DNA of 60,547 nucleotides, filler included, from Sluysia triapertura (Eukaryota), in assembly GCA_046118255.1 (NCBI GenBank). It is 5 parts of 5 records of this genome, joined end to end, with 100 filler letters (N's around TTAATTAATTAA, not from the genome) between each part and the next. Parts side by side here need not be neighbours in the genome. Positions count along the whole stretch, not along the records: positions 24,183 to 35,981 come from JBJNIA010169590.1; positions 36,082 to 47,737 come from JBJNIA010182380.1; 3 more parts are not named here. One strand, given 5' to 3'. Made by a program: the position numbers and the translations under genes. Numbering within the stretch: position 1 is the first letter of the stretch; each line of letters starts with the position of its first letter. This document shows, in pieces, positions 24,440 to 37,700 of the stretch. Under the pieces are notes generated by a model that worked only from the letters and a program-made list of their open reading frames with translations, was not told the origin of the DNA and did no database searches.

Positions 24440-25750
24440 ACCAAATGCTTCACAATTTCATAAAGATAGTAGCAGACGATTCATGGCTATGTTTTTTAAA
24501 TAAATTACATGCAAACATTTATTTTCGTTATATAATACTTAATTCCGTTAATAAAATTAATAAAACAATCAATTTTTTTCATGTTTATATTCATTACTCA
24601 AACAATAGAAGAGGCCTTCTGTTAAAATTATGGAATTTACATATTCAAAAAATTAGAGCAATGACATATTGTGGTTCTGTGATCGAAAAGTAATGTTATT
24701 TAAAGCTTTCGAAAGTAAAAAATAAGAATCTTATTGATATTGGTACGAATTGTAATTGTTTAATGACCTAATTCGAACAAGAACCCATACTTTATAAAGA
24801 TTTTATCTAATAAGTACTTGGTTTGAGTAAGATATATTATCAGTTATCGATGCTAACCTATGTGCGAGCAAGAATTTCAAAAATTAATGATTCACACGAT
24901 TGATTGTTAGATAATATTATGAACATTTAGAATCGGTATTAAACTAATTTGTCTAATTTAGTGAGTTTTATTTAAGGTACATGCTTACAATCCAAATCAC
25001 TTTTACACAGAATTCGGATAATTTCTTAAGTACTTTGGTGATTAATTGATGAATCATGAAGTTGTAGAAATGGAAGAAAAAGGAGTCACAAAATTTTAGT
25101 GAAAATCATGCAATAATAAAATTTCTGTTTCATTTTTATGAAACCTTTTTATACATTATAAAAATTAATACTTGTGTACTAAAATTTTGACAAAATAACT
25201 ACCGCAAAACTTTTTAAAAACAGTTTAGAACATAGCAAATTAGATTGTCACAAATTAGAATTTTCGAATAGAAAAGTTAAACAATATATCGCAAATACAA
25301 CAAGAAATTTAATGTGAAATTGGAAGATGAACAAAATGAAAAATTAAAATTGCAAAATATAATCGTCGTGTAAATACTTAATCAAGTGAAATTGCCAAAG
25401 AATTAGAAGCAGAAATATCAACACGTGAAAGAATGTAAAACGCTGATGAGATTTAGCAAGCGAATTCGAACTCCTGCAGATTAATGTACTGATGTTTCTT
25501 CACAATTGTTGTCAGAATCAGAAAATCTTAAAAAGCACAAGAATATGACAAACACAAATTTGAAGAGTTAACAAAAGTACCATACAGACAAATACTAACT
25601 AAGGCTTCTCAATCTAAATCGGCAATAAAGTACTAAAAGCTAAAATGATAGAACCATGTCGACTTGTATATCAATTAAACCAATTATTAAAGCGAAAGAA
25701 ACAAATAGATAAAAGTTGTTTTGATAATAGAGTCAATAATAGAATCCTCT
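24440..25750 (+). mobile_element. Heavily decayed hAT-like transposase
   Basis: Long coding-like tract with many stops; NLIDIGTNC resembles the LxDIGxCxxH motif of hAT-related transposases. Confidence 0.35.
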
Positions 25751-25869
25751 TTATATACTCTTCTCTTAATATCCGTTGTTCAGTAGAATAAATAATAAAT
25801 TTAATTTAATGTATTTTTAATTGACTTAATGTACTTCCCGACCAAATTTTAATTTTCTTTATTTATTTT

Positions 25870-26130
25870 TAGGGCTGGGACTTTGAAGGATTTTCCTGCA
25901 CCGGTGCACCTATGTACTATATTATATACTATAATGAAACACCTTCGAACAACTATTATTCCAAAATGAGACATGCTTTGTATCCCAATTAGAAATTTAT
26001 TGTAAATATTCTAAATTTTTTTTCAAAAAAACACTTAAGACCACTATACTGTCATTTATTTATTGATCATGCTCATAAGATAAAATCAGGTGCACCTAAA
26101 TCAAAAACCGGTGCACCGGGAACAGCCCTA
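25870..26130. mobile_element. hAT MITE with perfect 8-bp TSD
   Basis: TIRs TAGGGCTG / CAGCCCTA; TTTATTTT on both flanks; subterminal CCGGTGCACC repeats. Confidence 0.88.
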
Positions 26131-27269
26131 TTTATTTTACATTTGTTTAATTGTTTATATAGAGCTGTTTTAACCATTTGTTTATTATTAATTAATATTA
26201 TTTGTTTTCAATTAACTTTTAATTATCTTTTTAATTGCAGAAGATTACAGAGAAAATCTTTTTTAGTTTTAACATTTAATTTCTTGATAATTTCGATGAT
26301 ATCTTTAGCTATCTTACGTAATAAAAGAAATTAGTGATTTAGATGTAAAGAAAAGAATTTGAAATAATAATAATTATTGTAATAATAATTATAATAATAA
26401 TTATATTTTATATTAATTATAATAATATTAATACTCACAATATAATAACAATAATTATGAAGTTGGGATTATGTATTGGCAATGTTTATATGATGATAGT
26501 GATGTTATACGACAGTTATAAGGTTAAAGATAGATTACATAATAAAGACAATGTATCATAAGTTGTTAGATGTAGCCCGAGTGGTAAGTCACATGATTTA
26601 TAAAGACGACACTGATCGAGATTGTGAAAATGGACTAGTATTAATATGTCACAAAAAATGGTTACAACCGACAGAATTAAGGCTGTTCACACTTTTCATG
26701 TACATTTAATTTAATTCTAACGATATTTACCTTGTTAATTAACGAAAAGGTACATGTATCTGTTGCTATACGTATTGTCAATACTTATGATTCTTAAATT
26801 TATATCTTTATAACTACATCTATATAAGATTAGGTCTATCGTTTGATATTTGAAAATTTATATTACAGAAAGATTTGAGTTTTACATTAATTTGAAATTT
26901 TGCATTTAAATTATCACATTTCATTTTTATTATGTTATGTAACACGTTCATTATAGCTTTAAAGTTGTTAAGATTGTTGATTGAATTAGGTATGAAAATA
27001 TTTCGAAACAAATGTATATACCTATTATTAGCAGCGTTGCTTAAACTTACGATTATATAATTCATATCTTTAAAATCACTTTTATATAGGACTTTAAATA
27101 TCTTAAGATTTAGTCTTCCAATATTTATGTTATAATAGAGCTTAAATTTTATTTTATTTAAAAATTTAGGATTTAATTTATAATAAAACGTCTCATTACG
27201 AAATAATTTATTTATAAAACATTTATTCATAAAACAAAAATATAATGTACTAATTTTCTACTAATATTT

Positions 27270-27592
27270 GATCCACTAAGCCTTCTCCTGAAATAACTTT
27301 GTAGCTGCTTTTGAAACATCCAAGCCATCTATTTGAAGCTTTAAAAGTGTCTTTTTCAATTTTACTTGCAATTCGCAGTGCAATATCGCCACATATATAT
27401 TGAAGTTTTTGTATCTTTTCTTAAAATGGAGAAGTTATTATAAACTCTTTTCGCATCTTTATTTTTAAGAATTCTGTTTATGTCCCTGCCAGTATAAAAG
27501 CCCTTCATTTGATATTTTGAGTTTGATAACCTGAATTTTTTGGTTAATAGTGTAACTTTTCTTACTTTTTTTCCGATTATTCCGCCATTTCA
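27270..27592 (-). mobile_element. pogo/Tigger transposase N-terminal relic
   Basis: KKSYTINQKIQVIKL (psq-type HTH) and DTFKASNRWLGCFK...GE (CENP-B HTH motif FKASNGWL). Confidence 0.7.
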
Positions 27593-27860
27593 TTTAAGGG
27601 TTCAAAAATTTAATAAAATTTAATATTAAAACAAAATATTTTTTGAGTTTATTTATATATTCTTGAAGCGCTGATGTCATTTTTTCAAAAAGTGTGGTGT
27701 TCGTTAAAAAAGTATTCGTTAAGTAGAGATTTATTAAATCATAAGGTTTGTAGAATCATAAAACACGAACCCCAATATACTTCTATACTATTAAATAAAA
27801 ATATTAAAATAATAAGTTATGTTCAAAACTAAATAACGGCATCGAAATCATATCACCTTT

Positions 27861-28920
27861 ATGTTGTATTTGTCACGTAAAACTTATATTCAGAGAACAG
27901 AGAATTATTCCAGATTTAAACTGGAAACAACGCATGTATTTGAATTCTCGAATCAAACATTCATAGCCCATTTCTATCGCATTAATAATGTTCCTTACTA
28001 CTATATTAAACTAATATACAAACCTTTCAATCATCAATTTAAAGATTATGAGTACATGTCCTGGAGTTCTTTTGATTACCTTACCTTCACTTATTCTAGC
28101 AACCATCAATTCATAATTACATTCCCCATCAATTTAATGCGCAAGGCCATTCAACTCTTTCATAGCACTTTGAATTCACAAAAAACCCATCACATTCAAA
28201 ACATATCAAACACACATATAGAGTATGCTAACGTGTTGATCTGTATTGTACAATTGTATGATGGAGAAAAAAATACTTTGATCATTAAATTATTTTCGAA
28301 AATTTGTCATTTTCGTTGGTTCTGTTGATATTCATTTTCTTATCTTGGTTTTTTGTGATTCTATGATCAATTCCCCTCATTCTTTGCTTCTCTTTCAAAA
28401 TATCATAACATTATCAAACTGACAATTCGATAAGTTATCAGCATACATTTCTTTAGTACTATCATTATTTTCAAAGCCATTTTGAGGATACGCTATCATA
28501 AATATATTTGAAACTCTGCGTAATTATTTTCAAGACACATTTACGATGAGGATGATGTTTGAGCTTTAAGTCTAAAATGAAAGGGTATTGATATTATTAG
28601 TAAAATAAGTTTTGGTCATATAGGCACATCAAAATGTTATTAATTAAGTAGTAGTAACTCAGAGCGAGATTTGGTTTATAAGAAGGATAGAAAGCTGAAT
28701 AAATCCAGATTCATCAATTGTCTATTGAGTAATGCATCTTTGTTTTGGCTTCCCATTTTTTATCTACTTGGCCAAAATAATCTTAAAATGATGAACACAA
28801 AAACATTTTTACGAATGAATATTATTTTAAAACTATCGAAGAAAAATTTCCCAGTAATGCCTTAGATGATTTTCTATTTTCTGGTAAATGGAATTTCGTT
28901 CACTTTTGTTATGTTTCGTA
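27861..28920 (+). pseudogene. Unidentified intronless ORF/pseudogene
   Basis: 155-aa ORF followed by further coding-like frames with stops; no recognisable motif. Confidence 0.3.
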
Positions 28921-28929
28921 AAATTTTCT

Positions 28930-29306
28930 GTTATTTTCCTTCAAAACGTTTTAAATTTATACTTTACATTATTTTCTGACTTTAAGAAAACGGCACAAAC
29001 CCTAAACTTAAATTCTTTATTCTAATACCTTTAGCATATGATGTACTGAACTACGAGTAGCTCCAGGAATAAGTGATATTTGATTTTTTTGTCTCTGGCG
29101 ACTATTTGTTTTACTTTTCTGATAAGTTTTCATAGATAACTGAAGGTCTACCAGACCTAACCTTTTTAAATGAATTTATTAATTGTTGATTTATGTTGGC
29201 ACAATTCATTATAAATTTCGTAGAGATGCTGTTGAATTTCATCGGGTTCTACTTTTCGTAATGCCAAAAAATGATCACTGACTTTATTTCTATTTTTTCT
29301 ATCATA
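28930..29306 (-). mobile_element. mariner transposase N-terminal relic
   Basis: IKSVIIFWHYE and RSGRPSVIYEKLIRKVKQIVARDKKI resemble the mariner HTH region. Confidence 0.65.
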
Positions 29307-29738
29307 ACAATTAAATTAGTTTCTTAAAATTATTTATTATAAAATAAAAATATGTACTTTTAAATTATGTTGCACTATGATTTATAAATACTAAAAACTT
29401 TAAACTTTTTGACCTTTAGGAAGTAAGTAAAAATTCTTAAAGAAACTTATCTTCGATGATAAAAATAATTCAATTTTAATTAAATTATTAATAAAATGTG
29501 ATTTATTTAATCCTAAATTTGGAATTTGTTATTTTAAAAATTTCCTAAAAATCATTTAGAAATTATTCATTCAATGAAAGATATTTAAAAAGAAACTTTT
29601 TATTTTATGAACAAATAAACGTTCAATCCAAAAATCAAAGACCAATTTCTTGTTTATTTGTTGCAAAAATATAGTGATTTCAAATTATTGTTTTTGTAAT
29701 GTTCTAAAAATAAATAAATAAATGTCTTTGTTTTTCAG

Positions 29739-29878
29739 ACCTTCCGGTTGGGATAATTTAGGCAAAATAAAAGTATTATCAGAAAATATTCCCGAAGAGC
29801 TTCGTTCACAATCATACGGATCTGTCATTACTAAACCAACGTCTTTAATTCGTGCTTGTGCACAAAATAAAGTGACAG
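29739..29878 (+). CDS. DYNC1LI: Cytoplasmic dynein light intermediate chain, internal exon
   Basis: TTTTTCAG|A-PSGWDNLGKIKVLSENIPEELRSQSYGSVITKP...|GTATTT matches DLIC IPAGWDNDKKIGILHENF...IITKPP. Confidence 0.8.
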
Positions 29879-30049
29879 GTATTTTATTATTATGATTTTG
29901 AATCACATTTGTAATAAACAATAGAAAAAAATTAATAATTTTAAAGTATTTTAAACAAATTAAAATTTCTTGTAAGATTTTATGACAATAAAGTTATTTA
30001 AAATAGGCTTCCTCGTCTCTAAAGGACGTAATTTTAAAATAAAATTATT

Positions 30050-30460
30050 TATTGATTTTTAAAATTTTGGATATTAATACGGCAATATCAAAATTGCTTT
30101 TTAACAGAATAATAATATCGCGTAATTCAGTTTCAACAAAATTATTACAGAAATTGTTATGAGTCTTAATGTTCCGAGAAATAAAGCATATAAGATCAAG
30201 TGAATTAAAGATAAAAATAGAGAAGCAAAAACAGTTATATTGAAGACAAAAATAAATACCACGAATAAAAATGCTATTGCAAAATTGAGAAAATATGAGC
30301 AATGATGATAAGAAAGGGAATTATAATGTTCTAAAAAATGTTTAGATCTGGAAATATTTGATGCTTTATGGAATCGCACTGTTTTATGGAGTGTGAGCAA
30401 CAAGTGTTGCGAAATCAAAAATATCTTTGTTTAAAGTCAATAAGGAAGGGGTTTAGTTTA
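30050..30460 (+). mobile_element. piggyBac-like transposase C-terminal relic
   Basis: ILDINTAISKLLF, Cys-rich tail (NRT...C...C) and a GGGGTT...TTAA-like end. Confidence 0.4.
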
Positions 30461-30519
30461 AGTGTACTTTAGGGGAGTCAGTAAATAATTAAAATAAATT
30501 AAAATTGAGTAGTAATAAA

Positions 30520-30790
30520 AATAACACATTCCTGGAAATTTCTTAACATTTTTTTGCGGCATTTCATTTGCCCAAAGATACATTATTTCCAAAAATCAAC
30601 TATTTTCACAAAAAGACTTTGACTAGACTCATTTTTATCCTCAATCTCATTCACATATGTATCCATTTAAGTTTTCGGTATCCTTTACCAAGTGCACCAA
30701 CTTGTTGCAATTTGGGCAAACGGTGTTTGCATTATTAACCTATTTTCTTTAACACAATTGAAGCACAACAAATTATTGCTACATATATAA
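30520..30790 (-). mobile_element. Merlin/IS1595-like transposase N-terminal zinc-ribbon relic
   Basis: TVCPNCNKLVHLVKDTENLNGYIC...SFCENS...FLEIMYLWANEMPQ. Confidence 0.55.
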
Positions 30791-31814
30791 TATAACTCAG
30801 AACAAATCATGGGTTTAATTATTTATTTTATTGACCTTCCTAAAGCACGCGAATGCCAGAAATTTTAGATTTTAGTATAACTTTAATATGTAGAAAAAAA
30901 TCATTTTTTCTTAATCCTTAATTCAATGAGGAAAGGCTTAAAAAAGAATAACTTTTACCAAAGAACATAAACAAAATCAAATATTAATATGTAATATGAC
31001 TTTCACATATTTTCAAATTATTGTTAAAATTTAAAATTGTGTGCCTTCTCGGACAATTATTTTCTACTTATATTATTCTACAGTCTATAAATTATTCACA
31101 CCCATTCTGTAATAATAAGTAACAAATAATAACTATTCGATTATTACAAACTTTTGATGCTTACTCTTTTGGTAAAGCACCGTCTACCAATTATGTTAAT
31201 ATTCTGGCACATTTTATTGGGAATAATATTTTATTTCAAGTTTTCTTTTTATCTCAAGTTTTGTAAATACTATTTGATGTATCGTTTTAAGTTTGAAATT
31301 TGCTTCGTTTTTGTAAAATCAATTAAACTAATAACAGGTAATTATTCAATTATTATTCATGTACCTTGCATTCTGGTGAGGTGTGAATACTTTATAATCC
31401 TTAAAGATAATTATTCTCGTTGCTAGTTCTACGCAACGCATCTCTTTAACTATTATTTGTAAGTAATTCTATACTATTATGTAGTTTGACATTAATTTTC
31501 GTGCCAGGTGTTTCTCAATACTTTTGAGCAAAATTAACCATTTCTTGACAAACATTAAATACTCGTACACTCAAATTTCGATATCAAATAATGAGAAACT
31601 ACATTGGATTTTTGTTCCACGCTAAATCACCTCACCTCTCCCGGGGGGTCTCTGAGTACTGGGTTACTCGCGTTTAGCTAGTTTTATTATTGACTGGTTG
31701 ATTGCATTAGAGTGAGTCATATTAAATTTACATTGGGCATTAATAAATTGGATATGGGTTTTTGTAGTTTATACAGGGACGATGGTGTTTTCTATTATTT
31801 GTATGCCTTCAACT

Positions 31815-31875
31815 CTAAATAAATAAGAACAATTTTTACTATATATAATAGTAAAAAATGTTCTTATTTATTTAG
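31815..31875. repeat. Near-perfect ~28-bp hairpin
   Basis: CTAAATAAATAAGAACAATTTTTACTAT-loop-ATAGTAAAAAATGTTCTTATTTATTTAG, one mismatch. Confidence 0.9.
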
Positions 31876-33299
31876 GGTCGATATCATCTAATACCAAATC
31901 TGTATACATGAGCCATTTTATCCTTCTTCATTTCGGTAATTTTGACACTAATGTTGCAGATCAAATATTCTCCATCGTTATTGTAACATTCAGAATATTA
32001 GTTTTATCATTAACTTTCATGTAAGGATGTACATATATAATGAGCTCAAACAAGTCCAAATTCAGTATGCATCATATAAAACAAAAATTAAAGAATCATG
32101 TTCAAACTTATTAACTCCAAATCCAAATTTAATTAATACTCTACCAAATAAAAGATATTCGACAATCGGAACCTTCTAAACCAATCCATAATAACAATCT
32201 AACCGCGAGTAAACCAGTACTCTCTTCTTTATAGAGGGTTTCGTGGATTAGCCCGGACATTAATATCCGTAACATCAGCATTAATTTTGCATGATTGTAA
32301 ATCTATTTTGTGTAATATAAGTTTCCTGAATTGCATTGTTATTTTTGATTCTTCCATGCTCCATTTTCTAATGTCCATTTTAATAAATATTTGTTCCAAA
32401 TTCATCGTCCTTTACATATTGCAATACGGTAAATATGTAAATTGATTGTGAATTGTTCGAATGATGTATTTTAAATTTTGTGAAGCAATGTGTTTGATTA
32501 ATAGGTGTGCATGTTCAGATTTAGTACTCGGTGTGTGTATTATAGGAATGAAGTGATATTAAAACGAGTGGACTGACTTAAATTTGAAGATATCTCTATT
32601 GTGTTGTTTGAGAACTTCGAAATGAGGCTGATATGCTTGTCGTTCGTGCAGTCACAGAGATGTGCTTAATTCTTTTAATATTATCAAAATATAATCTAAA
32701 TATAATTCAAGATTATATTTACATATATATGAAAACAGAATTTTATCTCTATTTATATGTACTCTACAAAAGAAAACTTTTATCAACTTATTGAAATCTT
32801 CATTGAAACTGATAATTTGTTTTAACATCATTCTTAGGATTGTTGATTCTTAATAAGATTATAAATGTCGGTTCCATTTTATTTCAAACCGAATACCGAG
32901 TCTTGATACTTGGAAAGTTTACTTCAACTCCTCTACCGTATTTAACATTATTAGAACTAATTATTATATTTATTAGATTTCTTTTATTCACTTTCCTACT
33001 TTTGATATTTGGCGCGTATTTATATTGATGTAAAAATAAGAGTAAACATTAATTAAAAGATAACAAAGATCAGAATTACAAAAATATGCAACATAAACTC
33101 ACTAAATAATAAAACTTGCTTAAATAAGTCTATGGAATATTTCTTCTTTTTATTGGTTAACTAATTTTTTAGTCGACATTTTTATTTATTTTTGGTAATC
33201 TAATATTTTCACTAAAAATTACTATTATTAAAAATTTAGTAATTAATTTTTACGAATTTTTGGCTAATAATTTTAACTGTATCTTTAATTTTTGTGCAC

Positions 33300-35670
33300 G
33301 ATGTTTTGATAAATTGTAATTTTATGTAGGTTTCTTCAAACTTGCTCCAAATTTAAAATAAAATTTTTTACATTTAAAATTTACTTGAAAATTATTAAAA
33401 TTATAACACTTTAGTAAAAAATATTTACAAATTTCACTTTTAAGGACTGTTTTATTGTTCAAACATCTAACATTAATATAACATTCAATTTATAAAAATC
33501 GTACAAACAATAAACACATTATTATAAGAAACATGTACTAACTATATTACTGAGTTAAATATATAATTTATATTGCAATAATCACAGGTAATAACATCTG
33601 TACCATTGTTCGCAAGTAAAAATATAACAATAAACTTTCTGACATTGCTACTGATAGGTATATAGAATTGTTCAGTTTTTGATTCAAGCATTAATCAATG
33701 CGTTTTAATGAATCCATTTCATAAAAACTTTTAAAATACATTACTACTGCTGCTATAACTTGTTGTCTAACAGTAAACAAATGCAAAAATAACGTCAGTA
33801 AAGAATATTATCAAATTTTAATATTGATATACACAAATTTGGGAATGCTTAAATTTTAGTTTCGAAACACTGTTATTTTCATTATAATTCTTATGAAATT
33901 ATGTAAACAGCTACATAGATTTCACTTGGAGATGCTTTATTTTTAATAAGCAAATCAAATGAAACATAGCGCGAAATTGAATCAAACTTTATTTTAATTT
34001 TCATCAGATCCCAAATATTACTTTGTTTCATTATGAATTGTGGAATAGAATTTGATTATATAACCTTCATTTTTTTAATAAATCGAAATCATTATCAGGA
34101 TGTAACTTAATCTCACTTAACTCTTTATTGAAATTGTAACATTTTCCAAAACGTATATAAATCAATCATATCTTTTAGCATTGCATTTGTAGATATGAAA
34201 TGATTAATTTTATATTTACATAGATACAAAATGGCTGCAGATATTTATTGATTTTTTTACCTTTATTTCATTTTAGTATATTTTATTAATTTATTATTAT
34301 TATTATTAATTTTATAATTATTGTTATTAAATGTTTCGTCGCTGCATTATATATAAACATTAATGTTATAGTAATAAACGGTATTAATTTATTATTTTTC
34401 AAGCAATATTTTTAATAAATCTAAATATTTTGCTTAAAGATTATCTAAATTGTTGTGTTTATTAAAGTAAAGAATAATAAAAGCTAAAATTAATATTAAT
34501 CTAAACTTAATTAGAAAACAACAAAAGTTATAAATCTTAAATCTAGAAAACTTGAATAAAATTGTGTACTATTATTTGTCAATATATACGTAAGATGTTA
34601 CATAATGTTTTTATAACTAAACTTTTTAATTACTTCTGAATTTAAAATTATAATTATTTTTAATTTAAATTTAAAATTTTAATCATAATATATAAAAATT
34701 TGACATTGTAAATGTCGATTCTCTAATTCATTCTATACAAAAATAACAATTATGATTTAACGAATGAATTATTTATATTCAATTTTTAACATCATCCGTC
34801 AAAGGAAAATCAAATTTAGACATTTCATCTATTATACTCTAAATTTCTACAAATGCCTTCTATTTTTCAAAAATCAATAATTTTATGCAAATATTTGCCA
34901 GATATGAATATTTTCATGAAGAGAAATTTCTAAAACATGATATAATAAATTTAGTGGTTTCCTTAGAAATTTAAAGTATTATTTACTTAGTTAAGTTAAT
35001 TTTTATTTTAAGTTAATATTTGTAATTCGTCGTTGTACATAACTGGCGTTAATTCATTAATTTGATTGCTGATATTGAATCTTGTTATTATACAGAAAAA
35101 TTTGACATTGGTTTCAATACCAAGTTTAATGCAGGGTTACTTAATGTTGGGGTTAAATAATGAGTATAAATATCTGTGAATTATAGTTTAATAGTGTAGT
35201 GAGGGCTTTTAAATGAATTGAAATATTGTTATGATTTTTCTTAGCTTCTTGATCACTTGGCCGTAAACACTCATAAATATTATTAAGTTTTATTAGATTG
35301 TTCTTAACAGAAATAACAATTAATTTATAAATGGATTCAGGTGGATAACCCATAGTTAGATTATGTCGAATTAAGTCACATATATCTTGTTTATTGACTT
35401 TAAGAAAATTAAATAAATCAGTAAATTTCTGTGAATATTCTAGACGCAATTCCATCACGTCAAGTATTAAATAAAATATACGATTTGGATCTAAATCAAA
35501 ATAACCGATTAAAGGTTTCACACGTTCAATCATAATTATAGCATTTTTATTGAATGAAGCTAATTCAACAATTGAAGAATCTATTTTTAATTTATAACAC
35601 AATTTAAATTTATGATTTATAAAGAAAGTTATGAATTGTTTCGCATTAATCTTCAGCCGAGTCTCCTTGC
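33300..35670 (-). pseudogene. THOC2: Intronless, partly deleted THOC2 (THO complex subunit 2) copy
   Basis: VKPLIGYFDLDPNRIFYLILDVME ~ THOC2 [54 protein letters not shown] ~ [30 protein letters not shown]; decayed downstream matches (LYTFWKM, FPNLCISILKFD, CILKVFMKW). Confidence 0.8.
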
Positions 35671-35981
35671 TCTTGGTTCCATCTTCGTTGCAAAGAATTC
35701 TGTAATTACGATAATATGATATAATATAAGCATGAACAAATATATATAAATGATAAAAAACATTACTTTTATAAGTACCGAGTGTATTCATAGCTGAGCC
35801 AGATGACGTCTCTTCCACTAACATAGTCAGATCATCATAATCAATCTTCGTATTGCTTAAATTTCTGTCTCTGAATCTATACGTAAATTCTTGATCTTTA
35901 ACTTCAAAATGACCATGTGGCGCCCGCACCAAACATGGACTGAGCAAATGCATCGATGTAACATAAATGTCATCTTCACCA
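35653..35981 (-). CDS. Last two exons of an unidentified host gene (35779-35981 and 35653-35699)
   Basis: Open frame ...LLSPCLVRAPHGHFEVKDQEFTYRFRD...SSGSAMNTL, 79-bp AT-rich GT-AG intron 35700-35778, then EFFATKMEPRARRLG*. Confidence 0.65.
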
Positions 35982-36081
35982 NNNNNNNNNNNNNNNNNNN
36001 NNNNNNNNNNNNNNNNNNNNNNNNNTTAATTAATTAANNNNNNNNNNNNNNNNNNNNNNNNNNNNNNNNNNNNNNNNNNNN
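35982..36081. other. Artificial scaffold linker
   Basis: 44N-TTAATTAATTAA-44N. Confidence 0.97.
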
Positions 36082-36848
36082 ATGCTCGAATATTTCACAC
36101 CATGACAAAAATAACGAGATTCAATTATAACATAGAGTCTTAAGGAACTTTCACGAAAATTAAACTTTATCGTGTATGATAAATAAATAAATAGCACCTC
36201 AAAAATCGATTGAAATCAAACATTATTAAGACATAAAACTCAAAATGTATATAAATTTCACTATTAATTCTTGATTCCTGATCATAACAACTTTCAAATA
36301 TTGAATGGTTTTGTATTAACACTCATGCACCAAAAAATTTACTTCTGACAAAGTCTAAACTATATACAATCATCAATGAGACAACTTTCATTGAAATTGA
36401 GTATCTCTTTTTTGAGCTATTTGATTAACTGTATCACCTGAACTTTCATGTCTACCATCAGAGACGAGTTCAGAAGTCACACCATCGATAGACATTAAGA
36501 AATGTGATGTAATCATAATATCTAAAGTAAACGAAATTTAAATCCATTACAATATATTTAAGATGATATTACATCAAACCTTCAGCAATATTTTTGCTGA
36601 GTTTCTATTCTTTTCTGTGAATTCATGTTTTTCTTCTCTCTTTTAAAAAATAGATGATTTCCCCTTCTCGAATTGTATTTTAGAAGATAAATATTTTAAT
36701 GATTAAACAAATACCTTCGTTTAAAAGCAACAATTATTGAATTAAATAACTGTATTAACGATCGTTTCCAATAAGTTATGACTATATTTATGATTCTATG
36801 TTATTTATAATCTAATTTCATCATCATCATTATTATTATTATTATTAC

Positions 36849-36896
<48 letters not shown>

Positions 36897-36897
<1 letters not shown>

Positions 36898-37001
36898 TGC
36901 TTTAGTTCACCTTGCAATTGTTGATTTTGTTCCTGTGATTCCAATAAATCTTTTCGAGTTGCAAACAATTCTTTATTAACAATCTCCAAATTTTCTTCCA
37001 A
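36897..37001 (-). CDS. Coiled-coil protein exon
   Basis: TTTAG|LEENLEIVNKELFATRKDLLESQEQNQQLQGELKQ|GTAATA; the downstream intron holds an (AAT)n run. Confidence 0.6.
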
Positions 37002-37299
37002 CTAAATTAAAAAATAAAATATTCAAAAAATCAAATTAAAAATAAAGAAAAATTGAGTGGCATACAACACAAAATAAGCTTGTAATTTAATAATTTAGGT
37101 ATTTTTTATGAAAATGAAAACCATTTAGAAAGCATAGATTGCGAAAATACTTTATGCAAAAAGTGATGATATAAAATATGACTTTTTATATTCAAAAATT
37201 AGATTTTTTGCAATGAAATAACGTATTTTATTCAGAAACCGATGATGATAAACTTTTTGATTCGATTTTATTCTAAAAAGCATATAAAATAATAGAAAA

Positions 37300-37700
37300 A
37301 TTCTGATTATGATAGTACATAAATTCCTATGTTATTTCCTTATTTTCAAACCTTGAAAACATGGTTAAGTTTTCATCGATAAATATAAAATCTTTTAAAT
37401 CGCTAAAAAATGTATCTAAATTTAGTAGAGATTTATCTGAGGAACTAAAAATATCTAAACTTAAACATGGAAAAATAACAAGAAAACGTACATAAAAATT
37501 ATGATACAAATACTTGGCATGGAAATTACGGAATATGAATAGCTTTTCAAGGAAACTGGACAATATTAAGAAATCATGAAGTATATAAAGTACAATTATA
37601 AAGCCACAATATCTGTTCATGTCCATCAAATCACGAACACAAATTATAAGATGAAATTATTGATGTTACAGAGTCAGATGATAAAAATGATTAATCCCAG
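37300..37700 (+). mobile_element. Possible MULE SWIM-finger relic
   Basis: VYKVQL*SHNICSCPSNHEH resembles the SWIM pattern YxVxL...CSC...H. Confidence 0.3.

Noticed and set aside
26820-27230. 136-aa K/N/I/F-rich ORF
   Set aside because: No motif; composition is what AT-rich DNA produces, so no product was assigned.
29685-29921. 78-aa minus-strand ORF
   Set aside because: Antisense shadow of the dynein light intermediate chain exon.
35153-35953. Single intact 266-aa THOC2 gene
   Set aside because: The N-terminal third is another gene's exons plus an intron; the THOC2 part is truncated and decays downstream.
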